A DNA stretch of 64,000 nt. Origin: an uncultured delta proteobacterium. GTDB lineage: Bacteria; Desulfobacterota; Binatia; Binatales; Binataceae. The notes below the pieces were generated by a model. The model ran no database searches, was not told the DNA's origin, and was given only the letters and a program-made list of their open reading frames with translations. A program made the translations under genes and the position numbers. Where the stretch lies: the NCBI GenBank assembly GCA_963808235.1, contig CAWEEQ010000004.1:2528001-2592000 (forward strand), written 5' to 3'. Numbering within the stretch: the first letter of the stretch is position 1; the number at the start of each line of letters is the position of its first letter. Of the stretch, positions 39,119 through 49,257 are shown one piece after another.

Positions 39119-40711
39119 TCAGACACGCTTGCGCTTCTTGGAGAGATAATCGACCAGCATGTATTCGCCGAGATGATCCGGGCGCGTGAACAGCGCACGG
39201 CCGCGATTGATCTGCGTCATCTTGTCGACGAAAGCGCGTAGACTCGGCGAATCGTCGAGCATGAAGGTGTTGATCGTGATGTCCTTGCGCGTGATCCGCT
39301 CGACTTCCTTCAAAGTCTCCTGCGCCGCGCGCATGCTGATTCCGCCGAGCGACAGCGGCCATTCGCAGTAGAGCCGCTTGTTCAGAAAGTAGGCGGTCGG
39401 CTGTCCGTCCGTGATCACGATGATGTGCTGATTGCGCGACGGATGCCGCGCCAGCAAATCGGATGCGAGCCGCAGGCCATCTTGCAGGTTGGTGAACGGA
39501 TCGCCCATGTTCCACGACGCTTCGGGCAGATCTTTGAGCTTCAGTTCCACCGCACGGGTATAGAAGCCGACGATCGAGAAATAGTCGCGCGGGAATTTCG
39601 ATCGAATCAGCGTCTCCATCGCCATAGCGACTTTCTTGGCCGCCGCGAACCGCCCTTCCCAGCTCATTGACCACGACATGTCGAGACAGAGCACCGTGGA
39701 CGAGGAACTCGCGTAATCGTTTTCGTAAATCTCGAAGTCTTCCGGACGCAGCTCGAGTGGCACCCCCGGCTTGCGCGCCAACGCATGCTTCAGGGTCGCG
39801 ACCAGGTTCAGATTCAACGGATCGCCGAATGCGTATGGCTTGGTCTGCTCGGGGCGCATCTCGGTGATTCCGCGATGGTCGGTTGCATGCCCGCCTGCGC
39901 GATCTTTGAGCAGGTTCTGGTAGATGTCGCGCAGCGCGAGCTGGCCTATTCGCCGCACACCCTTGGGCGAGAGCTGGAAATGGTCGCCCTTGGGCACCAT
40001 GTATCCGGACTGCGTCAGCAGGACCATGACCTGCTTAAGATTCTGGAAATCCTTGCTCGCCTGCTGGCCGAGAATCTGCTGCAGGTCTTCCATCGAGATA
40101 GTTTCGAAATTGCCCGACATCAGATCCTGTTCGAGCTGGCGCATCCGTTCCATCTCGCGCATCAGCTCGAGCGCCTCGTCGTAGCTGAGGCTCTTGGGAC
40201 CGTGGAACATGTGCTGATTGCGATCGCGGAAATTCTCGAGGTCGCGGATATTCTCGTATTCCTCGAGCAGCGCGTCGAAGTCCGCTTTCGCATCCGCGTC
40301 CTCGAACTCGTAACCCTCGAGCTTGCGCATCGCCTCTGAGAGCCGTCGCGGCATCCGCGACAATTCGCGCTGCTTTTCCTCGGCGCCGGGCTTTTCGCCC
40401 TTGAGCGACTCGAGCTTCGCGCGCTCGCGATTCAAAATATCTTCGAGCTTCTGCTCCATCTCGGACAGAGCGTTCTTGAGATTGAAATCGCGATAGCGCT
40501 GGCGCATCTCCTGGCGCAGCTGCTCGATAAACTCCTCCAGCCCCATCACCTTCACGCCGTCGAAGTCCATCCCCTGGCGCATCATCCAGTCCATCGCCTG
40601 GCGAACGTCGTCCGTATACGAGAGGTACTCGGCCAGCTTCTCGAACACCTTGTCGGCGTTGAGCTTGAGCTGCTGGGTGCCGTCCCACTGGGTGTAGCGG
40701 GTGGTGACCAT
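39119..40711 (-). CDS. VWA-domain protein (chelatase/MoxR partner)
   Basis: RY..WDGTQ, DMSWSM MIDAS, TNLQ.GL, ITDGQPTA, INTFML. Confidence 0.92.
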   Translation of the reverse strand: MVTTRYTQWDGTQQLKLNADKVFEKLAEYLSYTDDVRQAMDWMMRQGMDFDGVKVMGLEEFIEQLRQEMRQRYRDFNLKNALSEMEQKLEDILNRERAKLESLKGEKPGAEEKQRELSRMPRRLSEAMRKLEGYEFEDADAKADFDALLEEYENIRDLENFRDRNQHMFHGPKSLSYDEALELMREMERMRQLEQDLMSGNFETISMEDLQQILGQQASKDFQNLKQVMVLLTQSGYMVPKGDHFQLSPKGVRRIGQLALRDIYQNLLKDRAGGHATDHRGITEMRPEQTKPYAFGDPLNLNLVATLKHALARKPGVPLELRPEDFEIYENDYASSSSTVLCLDMSWSMSWEGRFAAAKKVAMAMETLIRSKFPRDYFSIVGFYTRAVELKLKDLPEASWNMGDPFTNLQDGLRLASDLLARHPSRNQHIIVITDGQPTAYFLNKRLYCEWPLSLGGISMRAAQETLKEVERITRKDITINTFMLDDSPSLRAFVDKMTQINRGRALFTRPDHLGEYMLVDYLSKKRKRV

Positions 40712-40728
40712 GCCGAGTCCTCTGCGCA

Positions 40729-42138
40729 TCATGCGTGATAGGCGAAGCGGCCGCCCTGGCGATCCTTGTTGAGCTTCTGATGCAGATGGAGTCCCTCAAA
40801 GATGAACTCGCTCGCCGCCGCCATCAGGCCCGGCGTTTCGAACGGCCCGAGCATCGAGATCACCTCGCGCAGCCCGATCACTTCGCGCAACGGCTCCATG
40901 TATTCCGATGACGGCGCGCTGTCCGAAACCTCGACGCCCCAGCCTCCTTCGAAGTAGCTCGCGACTTTTTTCAGATCGTCGAGTTTCAGGTAGCGGTCGA
41001 ATACTTTGAGCACCGCGCGGTTGATCAGCCGTTCGATCAGATCGTCTTCCTTCTTGTCCTCGCCTACGTACTCGAGCTCTATTTTGCCGGCGGTCGACGC
41101 ATACAGCGAATGCAGATCAGAGATGCGCGGGACGATCTCGTTCTCGCCATTTCGCACTGCGCGCTTTTCGGCATTCGAAATCGCGGACTCGTAGTTGTTA
41201 ATCGTCACCCGGACCGAAACGCCCGACGATTGGTTGATCTCGTTCGACGCGCGCGCCTCGAACGTGATCTGCGCCAGGATGTCCTTCATGAACTGCGGAA
41301 TCCGCACATCGACGCCGGACCTCGGCGGATGCATCGCTTCCTGCTCCATGATCGCAACTTCGTGCTCGAGCGTCTTCGGATAATGAGTGCGAATCTGGAT
41401 GTCGAAGCGATCTTTCAGCGGAGTGATGATCCGTCCTCGCGACGTGTAATCCTCTGGATTCGCGCTCGCGACGAACACCACGTCGACCGCAAGCCGAATC
41501 TTGTAGCCCTTGATCTGAACGTCCTTCTCTTCCATCAGGTTGAACAGTCCCACCTGAACTTTCTCGGTCAGGTCGGGCAACTCGTTGATGGCGAAAATTC
41601 CGCGATTGGTGCGCGGGATGAGTCCGTAGTGGATCGTTTCTTCGTCGGCGAGGTAGCGCCCCTCGGCGACTTTGATCGGATCGATCTCGCCAATCAGGTC
41701 CGCCACCGATACATCGGGGGTCGCGAGCTTTTCCGCGTAGCGGCTATCGCGATGGACCCACGCGATCTCGGTCGCGTCACCCTTCTCCGCTATGAGCTTC
41801 ACGCATCGACGGCATATCGGCGCGAACGGATCGTCGTTGATCTCGCAGCCCGCGATCGTCGGCGCGTATTCGTCGAGCAAACCGGTCAGCGCGCGGATGA
41901 TCCGCGACTTCGCCTGCCCGCGCTCGCCGAGGAAAATCATATGATGTCCCGCGAGCACGCCGTTTTCGATCTCGGGAATTACGGTTTCTTCGTAGCCGAC
42001 GATACCCGGCAGTATTTGCTCGCCCGAGCGCAAGCGCGCGAGCAGATTGTTGCGCATCTCCATCCGCACCGGCAGGACCTGGTAGTTCGCGCTCTTGAGT
42101 TCGCCAAGGGTCCGGATGTTCTGTGATTTTTCATTCAT
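40729..42138 (-). CDS. AAA+ ATPase (magnesium chelatase-like)
   Basis: GERGQAKSR, EKLATPD, INELPDL, SANPEDYT.RGRIITPLKDR. Confidence 0.92.
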   Translation of the reverse strand: MNEKSQNIRTLGELKSANYQVLPVRMEMRNNLLARLRSGEQILPGIVGYEETVIPEIENGVLAGHHMIFLGERGQAKSRIIRALTGLLDEYAPTIAGCEINDDPFAPICRRCVKLIAEKGDATEIAWVHRDSRYAEKLATPDVSVADLIGEIDPIKVAEGRYLADEETIHYGLIPRTNRGIFAINELPDLTEKVQVGLFNLMEEKDVQIKGYKIRLAVDVVFVASANPEDYTSRGRIITPLKDRFDIQIRTHYPKTLEHEVAIMEQEAMHPPRSGVDVRIPQFMKDILAQITFEARASNEINQSSGVSVRVTINNYESAISNAEKRAVRNGENEIVPRISDLHSLYASTAGKIELEYVGEDKKEDDLIERLINRAVLKVFDRYLKLDDLKKVASYFEGGWGVEVSDSAPSSEYMEPLREVIGLREVISMLGPFETPGLMAAASEFIFEGLHLHQKLNKDRQGGRFAYHA

Positions 42139-42165
42139 TGGGAATCCCGCGGAATATTTCTGCTT

Positions 42166-42726
42166 CTAGAATAAATCAGCGCCGGCAGTTTTGAAAAGCG
42201 GTCGCAGCTGCTTGAAACTGTCTTCCAGACTCTGCGACAGCACGCGCGTCGAGGCAAGCACCGAGATGAAATTTCCGTCGCCGTCCCATCGCGGCACGAT
42301 GTGCCAATGCATGTGATCGGCAAATCCTGCGCCCGCCGCGCGGCCGAGGTTCGTGCCGATATTGAATCCGTCCGGCTTCAGCTCCGGACGCATCAGCTTG
42401 ACCGACGCCGCGATCAAAGTGTCGATCACGGACCGTTCGTTCGCGCTCAGCAACTCCGGCGACGCCAGATGGCGACGCGGCGCGATCATGATGTGTCCAT
42501 TGATGTACGGGTAACGGTTGAGCATCACCGCCGCTTGGCGATTTTCGAACAGCACCAGCCGCTCTACGCGCTCGGATTCATTGAGCCTGCCGAAACAGAA
42601 GATGCAGACCTTGGGCCCGGCAATCGCGCGCTGCAAATATGCGTAGCGCCACGGCGCCCATAGCCGAGCCTCCTCCGGCCTTGCCGCGGACTCGCGCAGC
42701 TTATCGCCCCGCTTCCTCGGCGCCAT
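42166..42726 (-). CDS. HIT-family hydrolase
   Basis: LWAPWR, CIFC, LN.YPY..GH, GFN.G.N.G..AGAG, HMHWHIVPRW.GD. Confidence 0.93.
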   Translation of the reverse strand: MAPRKRGDKLRESAARPEEARLWAPWRYAYLQRAIAGPKVCIFCFGRLNESERVERLVLFENRQAAVMLNRYPYINGHIMIAPRRHLASPELLSANERSVIDTLIAASVKLMRPELKPDGFNIGTNLGRAAGAGFADHMHWHIVPRWDGDGNFISVLASTRVLSQSLEDSFKQLRPLFKTAGADLF

Positions 42727-42997
42727 TAACTTCGATTCGGAGTTCCTTGCCGGCGCGAAAAAACGGGATCTGCTTGGCGTCAACCTTGACCAACTGCCCG
42801 GTTTTGGGATTGCGGCCTTGCCGCGCGCGACGCTGCTTCACCGCGAAACTGCCGAAGCCGCGAATCTCGATCCGCTCGCCGCGCATCAGCGAATTAGCCA
42901 TCGCGTCGAACATCGCATTGACGATGGTCTCGCTCTCACGATGCGTGAATGTGCTCCGCCGCGCCAGCAGTTCTTCGATGATTTCGCGCTTGGTCAC
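42701..42997 (-). CDS. ihfB: integration host factor beta subunit
   Basis: MTK.E.I, RIEIRGFGSF, GRNPKTG, F.AGKELR; follows rpsA. Confidence 0.93.
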   Translation of the reverse strand: MTKREIIEELLARRSTFTHRESETIVNAMFDAMANSLMRGERIEIRGFGSFAVKQRRARQGRNPKTGQLVKVDAKQIPFFRAGKELRIEVNGAEEAGR

Positions 42998-43048
42998 CGA
43001 TCTCTCCGCCGTCCGCGCTTGAGCATTGATCGAAGCGGGTCCGCCCGC

Positions 43049-44791
43049 CTAGCTGTTTTTGCCGCCGCGCACCGCGCGCCGCTCGCCGTCGTCGCGATCG
43101 AGCTTGAGCTCTTCCTTCAGGATATCTTCCATCGAGAATCGCGCCGCCTCGTGCTCGCGCTTCAGGTAGGCCTGCATTTCCTCGCGCTCTTCGTGCTGCT
43201 TGACCGCCTTGATCGACAGCCCGATCCGCCGCTCCTTGGGATCGACCTGCACCACCAGGGCGTCCAGCTCGTCATCAACCTTGTACAGCGACGACGGCTT
43301 GTCGACTCGCTCGTTGCTCAGTTGCGAGATGTGGATCAACCCCTCGATACCTTCTTCGATCTCAACGAACACGCCGAAGTCCGCTACCGAGCTGACCTTG
43401 CCGTGAACTCTGGTGTTCAGCGGATAGCGCTCCGCGACCGTATTCCACGGGTCGGTCGTGAGTTGCTTCACCCCGAGGCTGACCCGCTCGTTCTCGACGT
43501 CGATGCCGAGTACTGTCGCCTCGAGCTCGTCGCCTTTCTTGACCATTTCCGACGGATGCCTGATCTTCTTGGTCCACGACAGATCCGAAATGTGCACCAA
43601 GCCGTCGATCCCCGGCTCGATCTCGACGAATACGCCGAAGTCGGTGATCGATTTGACTTTGCCCTTCACCTGGCTGCCGATCGGATGCTTCAGCCCGAGT
43701 TCCTCCCATGGGTTCGCTTCGGTCTGCTTCAGCCCGAGTGAAATTCTGCGGTTCGCCTCATCGACGCCGAGCACCTGCACTTCCACGAAGTCGTTGGCGT
43801 TGACCACTTTCGACGGATGAACCGCGCGCTTGCTCCAGCTCATCTCGGAAACGTGGATCAGTCCCTCGACGCCTTTTTCGATTTCCACGAAGGCGCCGTA
43901 ATCGGTGACACTGACGACCTTGCCCTTGATTCGCGTTCCCGGCGGATAAGCTTCCGCCACCTTGGTCCACGGGTCCGGCATGATCTGCTTCATTCCGAGC
44001 GACACGCGTTCGCGCTCGGGATCGTACTTCAACACCACGACTTTGACTTTTTCGCCGACCTTCAGCACTTCCGAGGGATGCTGCAAGCGTCCCCACGCCA
44101 TGTCCGTGATATGCAGCAGGCCGTCGATTCCGCCCAGATCGATGAACGCGCCGTAGTCGGTAATATTCTTGACCGTGCCTTCGAGGATCACGCCCTCTTC
44201 GAGCACCTTGAGCGTCTGTTCTTTCAACGATGCGCGCTCGCGCTCGAGCACGCTGCGCCGCGAGACCACCACGTTGCCGCGCGCGCGGTTGAATTTCAGA
44301 ATCTGAAATCGCCCGCGCTGCCCCACATATCGATCGAGATTGCGCGCCGGACGAATATCTACATGCGACCCCGGCAGGAACGCCGGAACCCCGATGTCGA
44401 CTTTGAGTCCGCCTTTGACTTTGCCGAGCACAACGCCTTCGACCGGCGTCTCAGCCTGGAACGCTTTGTCGAGTTCGCGCCAGACTTTGAATTTCTCGGC
44501 CTTCGCGTGCGAGAGCATCACCGTACCGTTTTCGGTCTCGGTGCCTTCAAAGTACACGTCAACCTCTTCGCCTTCCTTGACCGTGGGATGGCCCTCGTGG
44601 TCAAGAAATTCTTCGAGGGGAACCTGCCCTTCGCACTTGTAGTTGATATCGATGATGACGCTGTCGCGCGTGATCAGAAGAACTCTTCCGACCAGCACAT
44701 CGCCAGGCCGGGGAGCCTTCAGGCTCTCTTCCATCAGCGACTCAAAATCATTTTCTCCTCCGCTCATCTGTTCAGGCAACGCTTTCTCCAT
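43049..44791 (-). CDS. rpsA: 30S ribosomal protein S1
   Basis: Six S1 repeats (TDYGAF.D/E...GL.H.S). Confidence 0.98.
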   Translation of the reverse strand: MEKALPEQMSGGENDFESLMEESLKAPRPGDVLVGRVLLITRDSVIIDINYKCEGQVPLEEFLDHEGHPTVKEGEEVDVYFEGTETENGTVMLSHAKAEKFKVWRELDKAFQAETPVEGVVLGKVKGGLKVDIGVPAFLPGSHVDIRPARNLDRYVGQRGRFQILKFNRARGNVVVSRRSVLERERASLKEQTLKVLEEGVILEGTVKNITDYGAFIDLGGIDGLLHITDMAWGRLQHPSEVLKVGEKVKVVVLKYDPERERVSLGMKQIMPDPWTKVAEAYPPGTRIKGKVVSVTDYGAFVEIEKGVEGLIHVSEMSWSKRAVHPSKVVNANDFVEVQVLGVDEANRRISLGLKQTEANPWEELGLKHPIGSQVKGKVKSITDFGVFVEIEPGIDGLVHISDLSWTKKIRHPSEMVKKGDELEATVLGIDVENERVSLGVKQLTTDPWNTVAERYPLNTRVHGKVSSVADFGVFVEIEEGIEGLIHISQLSNERVDKPSSLYKVDDELDALVVQVDPKERRIGLSIKAVKQHEEREEMQAYLKREHEAARFSMEDILKEELKLDRDDGERRAVRGGKNS

Positions 44792-44840
44792 TTAATGGGA
44801 CCTTCGGGACTTCGATGCTGCTGCAATCCTTACAACCGGA

Positions 44841-45539
44841 CTAGGCTCGTTTCAAGTCCTTGCCGGCGTTGATTCGAGCGTTAATCTTCGCTTTCATCGC
44901 CGCGAGCACCGCTTTGATTGAAAGTTTGGTTGAATCGATCGCGATCGCGTCGTCGGCACGTTTAAGTGGCGCGAGCTCGCGGCCGCTGTCGCGGCGGTCG
45001 CGCTCGATCAACTGATCGAGCACTTCCCGCTCCGTAATCGACGCACCTTTTTTCTTGAGCTCCTCGTAACGGCGCGCCGCGCGAACTTTTACGTCGGCCT
45101 CGAGAAAAAATTTGAACTCGGCATCGGGAAATATCGCGGTGCCGATATCGCGTCCTTCCATCACCACGCCACCGCCCGCGCCGGCCGCGCGCTGCAACTC
45201 GCGCATCCGCTCGCGCACCGTGCGTAGCGCCGAGAAGCGCGAGGCCAAGTCGCCGATTTCGGGCTCGACGATCGTCGCGCTGATATCGCGGCCGTTCAAA
45301 TAGATCTTCTCGCCGTCAAATTTAATCTTGATCGCCGCGAGCACCGGCTCGAGCCGCTTCTCCACATTCGCATCGTCGGGACTGACACCCGCTTCTCGCG
45401 CCGCAACCGCAACCGCGCGATACATCGCACCTGTGTTCAGGTAGGAGTACCCAAGCGCCCGCGCGAGCTCGCGCGCGGCGACCGACTTTCCCGCACCGAC
45501 CGGCCCGTCAATCGCGATTATTGGCCGCGCGCGTTTCAT
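44841..45539 (-). CDS. cmk: cytidylate kinase
   Basis: IAIDGP.GAGKS, TGAMYRA, EGRDIGT.FPDA, RD..DS.R..APL. Confidence 0.96.
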   Translation of the reverse strand: MKRARPIIAIDGPVGAGKSVAARELARALGYSYLNTGAMYRAVAVAAREAGVSPDDANVEKRLEPVLAAIKIKFDGEKIYLNGRDISATIVEPEIGDLASRFSALRTVRERMRELQRAAGAGGGVVMEGRDIGTAIFPDAEFKFFLEADVKVRAARRYEELKKKGASITEREVLDQLIERDRRDSGRELAPLKRADDAIAIDSTKLSIKAVLAAMKAKINARINAGKDLKRA

Positions 45540-46395
45540 CTGATTCGCCCGCGCATGCTCTTTCCGCGCTCGAAAATTTTCTCGACTCCCGCGATATCGC
45601 CGCTTCCAGAATGCGCTGAAACTCCGCGAACGTCGCCCCGTAGAGTTTCAGCGCCGCCGCGATCGCTTCGCGATTGGTCATAAAGATGTCGCGCCACATC
45701 TCCCACGACGACGATGCCAGCCGGGTCGTGTCGCGCAGTCCACTCGCGCCGTATTCCGCGGCGAGCTTGTCTCCGACCTTCTCGCCGTCGAGCGCCGCGC
45801 CAAGCACGCTCGATACTATCTGCGGCAGATGACTCGCGCGCGCGAGTAACTCATCGTGCGTCGCAGGATCCATCATCTCGACGCACGCGCCAGTCTCGCT
45901 CCAGAGCTGTTCGATCCTGTTGATCGCGTCAGGCGTGCTCTTCGCCGAGGGCGTGAGTATCACCCGCCGGTCGCGAAACAGCGCCGGGTCAGCAGCGCCC
46001 GCGCCGACGGTTTCCTTTCCGGCCACCGGATGAGCCGCAACCAGCGATCGCTTGCCCGTGATCAACGGCTCCAGCTCGCGGACCACATATCCCTTTACGC
46101 TTCCGACGTCGGTCACCACCGCATCAGGCGCCGCATGCTCGATCATTTTCTGAAGCGTCGCGCGCATCGTCAGGATAGGCACCGCAAGAACAATCAGGTC
46201 CGCGCCTCGCGCGGCTTCGACCGGATCGCGCGTCGCGACGTCAAGCATCCCGCGTGCGACCGCCACGTCGAGGTTAGCCTGGGTGCGTCCGAGCCCGACG
46301 ACTCTGCCAACCACACCCGCACGCCGGGCAATCAGCGCAAGCGAGCCTCCGATAAGGCCCACCCCGCAAACGGTCATTTGTTTAAAGAGTTGCAT
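45536..46395 (-). CDS. tyrA: prephenate/arogenate dehydrogenase; probable missing base at about 45600
   Basis: GVGLIGGS, DVGSVK, HP.AG.E, HD...A..SHLP, GLRDTTR.A.S...MW.DI. Adding one G gives the tail AGDIAGVEKIFERGKSMRGRIR* with ATGA overlap onto cmk. Confidence 0.92.
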
Positions 46396-47496
46396 CTACC
46401 CGCGAATCACCTCGCCCAGCGCCGCGACGAGCCGTCGATTCTCCTCCGGCAGTCCCACGCTGATTCGCACGTGATGCGGATACCCATAACCATTCATCGC
46501 GCGCACGATCACGCCCTTTCGCAGCAGCTGGTCGTAAACCGCGCGCCCTTCGCCCACATCGACCAGGAAAAAATTTGCGTGACTCGGCACGAACGCCAGT
46601 TTCAGGCGCGCGAACTCACGCTCGAGATAGTCCATCCCCTCCGCATTGACCTGCAGCGTGCGCGCGATATGCGCCTTGTCGTCCATCCCTGCAATCGCAG
46701 CGACCTGCGCGAGCGAGGTCACGTTGAACGGCTGCCGCACGTTGTGGAGCATCTGGATTATGTCCGGCCGCGCGACCGCGTAACCGACCCGCATTCCCGC
46801 AAGGCCGAAGATTTTCGAAAACGTCCGAAGCGTGATTATCAGCCGCCGATCGTCGTGGTCGTCGAGCGAGTCGGGATATTCCGGATCCCGCACGAACTCG
46901 AAGTAGGCCTCATCGGCGACGATCACTACATGCTCAGGCACCCGCGCGAGGAATCGCTTCCATTCAGAACGCCGGTAAATCGTACCGGTCGGATTATTCG
47001 GATTGCCGAGGAATACGAGCCGTGTGTTCGCATCGATCAGCGCCGCAATCGCGTCGAGATCGTGCGCATAACCGTCGAGAGTTTTGGCGACTCGATGCTC
47101 CCCGCCGGCCGCCGCCGTCGCCAGCGGATAAATCGCGAACGAATGCTCCGCGTAGACCGCATTCAGCCCGGGACGGAGAAACAGGAAGGTGAGCAGGTTG
47201 AGCACTTCTACCGATCCCGACGCCGCGAACACCCGCTCCGGTCCGACCTTGTGGAAGTCAGCGATTTTTTTTCGCAGCTCGTAGCTCGCGCCGTCCGGAT
47301 AGCGGTTCAGCTCCGGCAGCGCCGCCTTGATCGCCTCGATCGCGCGCGGCGAGGGCCCGAGTGGATTCTCGTTCGAGGCGAGCTTCACCGGCTCGACGAT
47401 TCCGAGTTCGCGTTGCAACTCCTCGATTGGCTTGCCCGGCTCGTACGGAGCAAGCGCCGCAACCGACGGGAGTACGAGATCTTGTGCTTTGATCAA
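46396..47496 (-). CDS. hisC: histidinol-phosphate aminotransferase
   Basis: YEPGKP, KLASNENPLGPS, NPNNPTG, DEAY, RTFSK..GLAG.R.GY. Confidence 0.96.
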   Translation of the reverse strand: MIKAQDLVLPSVAALAPYEPGKPIEELQRELGIVEPVKLASNENPLGPSPRAIEAIKAALPELNRYPDGASYELRKKIADFHKVGPERVFAASGSVEVLNLLTFLFLRPGLNAVYAEHSFAIYPLATAAAGGEHRVAKTLDGYAHDLDAIAALIDANTRLVFLGNPNNPTGTIYRRSEWKRFLARVPEHVVIVADEAYFEFVRDPEYPDSLDDHDDRRLIITLRTFSKIFGLAGMRVGYAVARPDIIQMLHNVRQPFNVTSLAQVAAIAGMDDKAHIARTLQVNAEGMDYLEREFARLKLAFVPSHANFFLVDVGEGRAVYDQLLRKGVIVRAMNGYGYPHHVRISVGLPEENRRLVAALGEVIRG

Positions 47497-47514
47497 GAGA
47501 AGTGAAATGACCTG

Positions 47515-48636
47515 TCAGGCAGCGGGCGACCTACCTTCAGGATACGATCCTAAGACCTTCAAGAATAGGGCCTTGCCTTCGAGCGCTTTGAGCGCCTTCG
47601 CCAGTTTCGGGTCCTCGCGATGCCCCATCAAGTCCACGAAGAACAAATATTCCCACGGCCGCGAGCGCAGCGGGCGCGATTCGATCTTCGAAATGTTGAT
47701 CGCATTGCGCGCAAACAAGCTGAGCGCCTGGTTAAGCGCGCCGACTCTGTCCGCCACCGCGAACAGCGCAGTCGTCTTGTCCCGTCCTGAGCGCTCGACC
47801 GGCCGCGTGGCCATCACTAGAAACCGGGTCGTGTTGGTCGCGAGATCCTGCACGTTGGCCGCAATCGTCTTGAGTCCGTACGCATTGCCCGCCGCCGCAG
47901 ACGCTATCGCCGCGAGCGACGGATCGTCGTGCGCGAGCTGCGCCGCCAAAGCGTTCGACGCGACCGCTTCGGTCTCGCAATGCGGAAAATTCGCGGTCAA
48001 GTACCCGCGGCATTGCGCGAGCGATTGTTGATGCGACACGATTTTCTTCACCAGCGCCGGGTCGCCGTCGCGGGAAAGAATCGAATGACGCACCGGCGCC
48101 AGGATCTCGCCGATTATCACCAGCTTCGTGTCGATCAGCAGATCGAGCGTCAGCCCGACCGATCCTTCGGTGGAATTTTCGACCGGCACCACGCCGAAGT
48201 CGGCGCGTCCGTTTTCAATTTCATTGAAGACCGCGGCGAACGACGGCTGCGGCGCGAAGTCGACGCTCGATCCGAACCGCATCTTCGCCGCCTCGTGCGA
48301 ATAAGTATGCTCGGGGCCAAGGAACGCGACCCGAGGCTCATGCTCGAGCGCGCGGCACGCCGAAATTATTTCGATATAGATTCGCTTGACCTGGTCGTCG
48401 GTAAGCGGCCCCTGGTTCTCCGCGATCATCTTCTCGATAATCGCGCGCTCGCGCACCGGCTGATAAACCTCACCGCCGTTACTATGCTTCAAGCGTCCGA
48501 TCTCGGTCGCAATGCTGGCGCGCATCGATACCAGGCGCAGAATTTTGAGATTTATCTCATCCATCCGCGCGCGCAACGTCTCAATCGACGGCGGCTCTGG
48601 CACCGCAGCAGACTTCTTGGCAACTCGTGATGACAT
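47515..48636 (-). CDS. pheA: chorismate mutase/prephenate dehydratase (P-protein)
   Basis: N-terminal CM domain, LGP..TYSH.A, VPVENSTEG, N.TRF, ACT domain IESRP. Confidence 0.95.
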   Translation of the reverse strand: MSSRVAKKSAAVPEPPSIETLRARMDEINLKILRLVSMRASIATEIGRLKHSNGGEVYQPVRERAIIEKMIAENQGPLTDDQVKRIYIEIISACRALEHEPRVAFLGPEHTYSHEAAKMRFGSSVDFAPQPSFAAVFNEIENGRADFGVVPVENSTEGSVGLTLDLLIDTKLVIIGEILAPVRHSILSRDGDPALVKKIVSHQQSLAQCRGYLTANFPHCETEAVASNALAAQLAHDDPSLAAIASAAAGNAYGLKTIAANVQDLATNTTRFLVMATRPVERSGRDKTTALFAVADRVGALNQALSLFARNAINISKIESRPLRSRPWEYLFFVDLMGHREDPKLAKALKALEGKALFLKVLGSYPEGRSPAA

Positions 48637-48726
48637 CGAACAAGAATGGCTAACCGATCGAACGCCCCTTTTCAACGCACCCGATTGTACTCGTTCCCGC
48701 GCGTCCGCGATCACCGAGGAAAGGAG

Positions 48727-49161
48727 TCAGGGGTTAGGTTGCCACGGATCGTACGTGCCAAAGCTCCAGATGTGGCCCTCCAAATCACGGCAGGTATAGC
48801 CTCTGCCGCCATAGTCCTCGTCCTGGACATCTCTTAGCATCACGGCGCCATGGGCTTTGGCCCGCGCGTAGTGTGCGTCGCAGTCGGGAACAATCACATA
48901 AGCACTCTGCGTCTCTGCCCCTCCGATTTCATCCGGATGCTTCATCAAACGGCCGAAGTCGCCGCCCCCGACCGACGACAACATGATCATCCCATTGTCG
49001 AACGTAAGCTGCGCGTGAACGATCTTGCCCTCCTCACCTGGCACGACGAGATGCTTCTCGAAGCCGAATGCTTTACACAGCCATTCGATCGCTGCCGGTG
49101 CGTTTCGATACCGCATTCCCGGAATGATTCGCGCGCGCTTGCTCTGCGGGTCCATGTGCAC
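48727..49161 (-). CDS. VOC/glyoxalase family protein
   Basis: AAIEWL.KAFGF, HAQL, DYGGR.Y..RD.EGH.WSFGTY. Confidence 0.92.
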   Translation of the reverse strand: MHMDPQSKRARIIPGMRYRNAPAAIEWLCKAFGFEKHLVVPGEEGKIVHAQLTFDNGMIMLSSVGGGDFGRLMKHPDEIGGAETQSAYVIVPDCDAHYARAKAHGAVMLRDVQDEDYGGRGYTCRDLEGHIWSFGTYDPWQPNP

Positions 49162-49257
49162 GACCTCCTGTAGAGATTAACCTCTAATTAGAGAAACCGT
49201 CGCGCCGCGAAAAGGTCACGGTCACGCAGATCTTTGTGTCCCCTGAGCGCAGGATCG

